A stretch of 64,000 bases of DNA, from NCBI GenBank assembly GCA_043228905.1, contig JBHGNT010000005.1:23622001-23686000 (forward strand). Reading direction: 5' to 3'. The notes beneath the pieces were generated by a model. That model was given only the letters and a program-made list of their open reading frames with translations, did not search any database and was not told the DNA's origin. Positions 61,713-64,000 of the stretch are shown piece by piece. Within the stretch, counting starts at the first letter, position 1. Every line of letters begins with the position of its first letter. This DNA comes from Azolla caroliniana. Lineage: Eukaryota > Plantae > Polypodiophyta. The translations under genes and the position numbers were made by a program.

Positions 61713-63034
61713 GGCGATGTGGAGTCTGTCAGGATGAAAAAGAAGCAGTTTTACGGGAGGCACACTGCGGCACGGCCGACGGCCATTACGCAGGCAACGT
61801 GACAACCCGCAAAGTATGGCAGGCGGGCTTATGGTGGCCAACAATGCAGAAGGACGCATCCGAGTATTGTAGAAAGTGTGATTTGTGCCAGCGGATGGGT
61901 CAGCCCGCGGAGGACGCAAGGATGCCACACCAGCCCGTATTACCACTGGACCCCTTCCAAAAGTGGGGATTGGATTTTGTGGGGCCCTTCACACCAGCAG
62001 CAGCCCGTACGGGAAACAAATACATATTGGTAGCCACGGATTACTGTACCAAATGGGTAGAAGCAAAGGCACTACGGGAAAATACAGCGGCCGTCACAAC
62101 CAAATTTCTGTATGAGCACATCTGGTGCCGGTTCGGCTGCCCGATTGAGCTCATCAGTGACCAGGGGAGCCACTTCCTCAATGCGGTGGTTCGGGAACTA
62201 ACACAGCATTACGTAGTCGTCCACAAGAAAAGCATGCCATACTACCCGCAGGCGAATGGATTAGCGGAATCCACGAACAAAACTTTACAGACCATTTTAA
62301 AGAAAACCGTCAATGAAAACAGAACGGACTGGGATACCAAACTCCAGAGTGCGTTATGGGCGTACAGAACTAGTTACAAAACAAGCATACGGTCAACACC
62401 GTTCTGGCTAGCGTTTGGACTAGAAGCGGTAATGCCGGTCGAATTTCGGGTACCTAGTTTGCGCATTCAGATACAGAACCGATTATCAGAAGCCAAGTCA
62501 GAGGAGGAACGACTCTACCAACTCCTTGAACTAGGGGAGAAACGTGTCCACAGCATGGCTGTGTTGGAAGAAGAACAACGACAACGTAAAGCATTTGTCG
62601 ATCGACATTGGAGCGCAAGGGAAAAGGAGTTCGCCGTGGGCCGAGCGGTGCTAGTTTTTCAAACGCGCATGGGCTAGATGCCGGGTAAGCTACGTTTCCG
62701 CTGGACCGGCCCATACTGGATAATTGGAGCAGAACAGGGCACGTTCCAACTAGGAACACTGGCTGGAGAAATAGTACGGCAAAAAGTGAATGGGTTTCGG
62801 CTCAAACCTTACATGGGCCCTACACCACCTAACCCATTCACCGCCAAACGGGACAAAGCTGGAGAACCCGCAACGTAAAAGGGACAGGCCCAATTGTACT
62901 ATAATGTAAAAATAGGGGGTAACTAACCGTTAGGAAAAAAAGAAAAAAGAAAGAAAAAAGAAAGAGAAGATAGCGACTATTAAAACGACTAAAGGCATGC
63001 ACAAACTCCTAGTTCAAGAACACGTGGCACCACG

Positions 63035-64000
63035 ATGGCTCACCGCCCAATGAACCCTAAGCCACAAAAAGAAGGAAATAGAAGGTTTTCTGCACAAAGC
63101 AAAAACACAACGTCTAGCTATCAACGCTCCCATCGCTCCTCCTCACCTTCTTCCCCATCACATCTCAGAGCTCCAACTCACCACTGCTACCCGTCGCCTC
63201 TCCACGAACTTACTCTGGCGATGCCGATCTTCATCTCTACTGCCCTACGCCGATGGGTCGTGGAGAAGCGCATGGATGGTTATATTCGGGTCGTAGAAGC
63301 ACCTCCGCACTCGGACGCCATGGACATCGCTAGGCGGCTTAACATCGACACGGTCACAAACTCTTCCATTCGGAAGAAGTTAGGCCTATCCTCACTAGGC
63401 GAAAGACATTTCGAAATACCTCCTACAGAGGCGTTGCAGCAGTATTTTGGCCCATACTCATCCTCCGCCAAAGCCTATAGAACAAAACAAATTCCGGATC
63501 CCTTCTTTCGTGAAGTTGCCAAGTTCCTACTGGAAGTAGGCTGCGTCCATGTCAACGCTTACAGGATGCCTAAACAGAAGGCGAGCATCATTATCGACAC
63601 CTTTGAGGGGCGGACAATCGACTGGGGGGTCATCACAGGACCGGCGTTAAGGGAAGGCTTGCATGCGTACCAAGCAGGCAAAAAGCTCAAGCCAATCATC
63701 CAACAATACCTTATGGTACTGTTTCCACCCCGAGGCCTCCAGCACCACAGCCCAGCCAACCCACGGCCCCTCCCCGCTCCACGAAACGCAGGTTAGCGGA
63801 GTTAGCGGCCCTAGAGTGGGAGGAGGAACCCCAACCGGCCCAACCAGACCCAAGGACAACACCTCCTACCGACCAACCGGATACACGGGCGACGCAGGAG
63901 GAACAACCGAGACACCCCATGGGGGCAGCCCCAGAACCAGACACCGAAGCACGGGGGGAAAGCCCTAGACCCAAACGGCGTAGATTGGACAGAAAGGATG
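63035..64000 (+). CDS. Extra 3' ORF of Gypsy family A, unknown function (frameshift near 63750)
   Basis: 253-aa open frame homologous to 1-1183(-); the shifted continuation gives KRRLAELA..EWEEE..PRPKRRRL. Confidence 0.75.

Larger units (their letters stand above)
60659..64000 (+). mobile_element. Gypsy family A copy 2: internally deleted (no gag/PR/RT/RH), LTR-tRNA tract-integrase-extra ORF; runs off the window
   Basis: LTR 60659-61668 (TGTTG..CAACA) homologous to 11960-12428. Integrase at 61711-62878 (H..H..CRKCDLC, WGLDF, ISDQG, WTGPY, one stop). Extra ORF at 63035. Confidence 0.92.

Overview
This is eukaryotic land-plant nuclear DNA: spliceosomal genes with short introns among nested transposons. 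There are four host genes: an ABHD11-like alpha/beta-hydrolase (+, 19363-31760), HASTY/exportin-5 (-, 33524-48664), a two-exon secreted peptide with two tandem cystine-knot (C-C-CC-C-C) modules (-, 52854-53954) and RPL19 (-, 57636-59718). The first ~18 kb is a retrotransposon nest. An apparently intact, very young 7.0-kb Ty3/Gypsy element with dual RNase H (748-bp LTRs that look identical by eye, ACTGG TSD) sits inside a decayed Gypsy element that carries an extra 3' ORF. Next come a hAT end, a truncated Copia and another Gypsy relic. Introns of the hydrolase and HASTY hold a Copia with a nested LINE, and a LINE that has captured a Gypsy gag-protease fragment. A second copy of the extra-ORF Gypsy family starts at 60659. 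It has a hAT MITE in its LTR and a 40-nt tRNA-complementary tract (tRNA positions 76 to 37) fused directly to integrase. All coordinates and comparisons were read by eye and no database searches were run.
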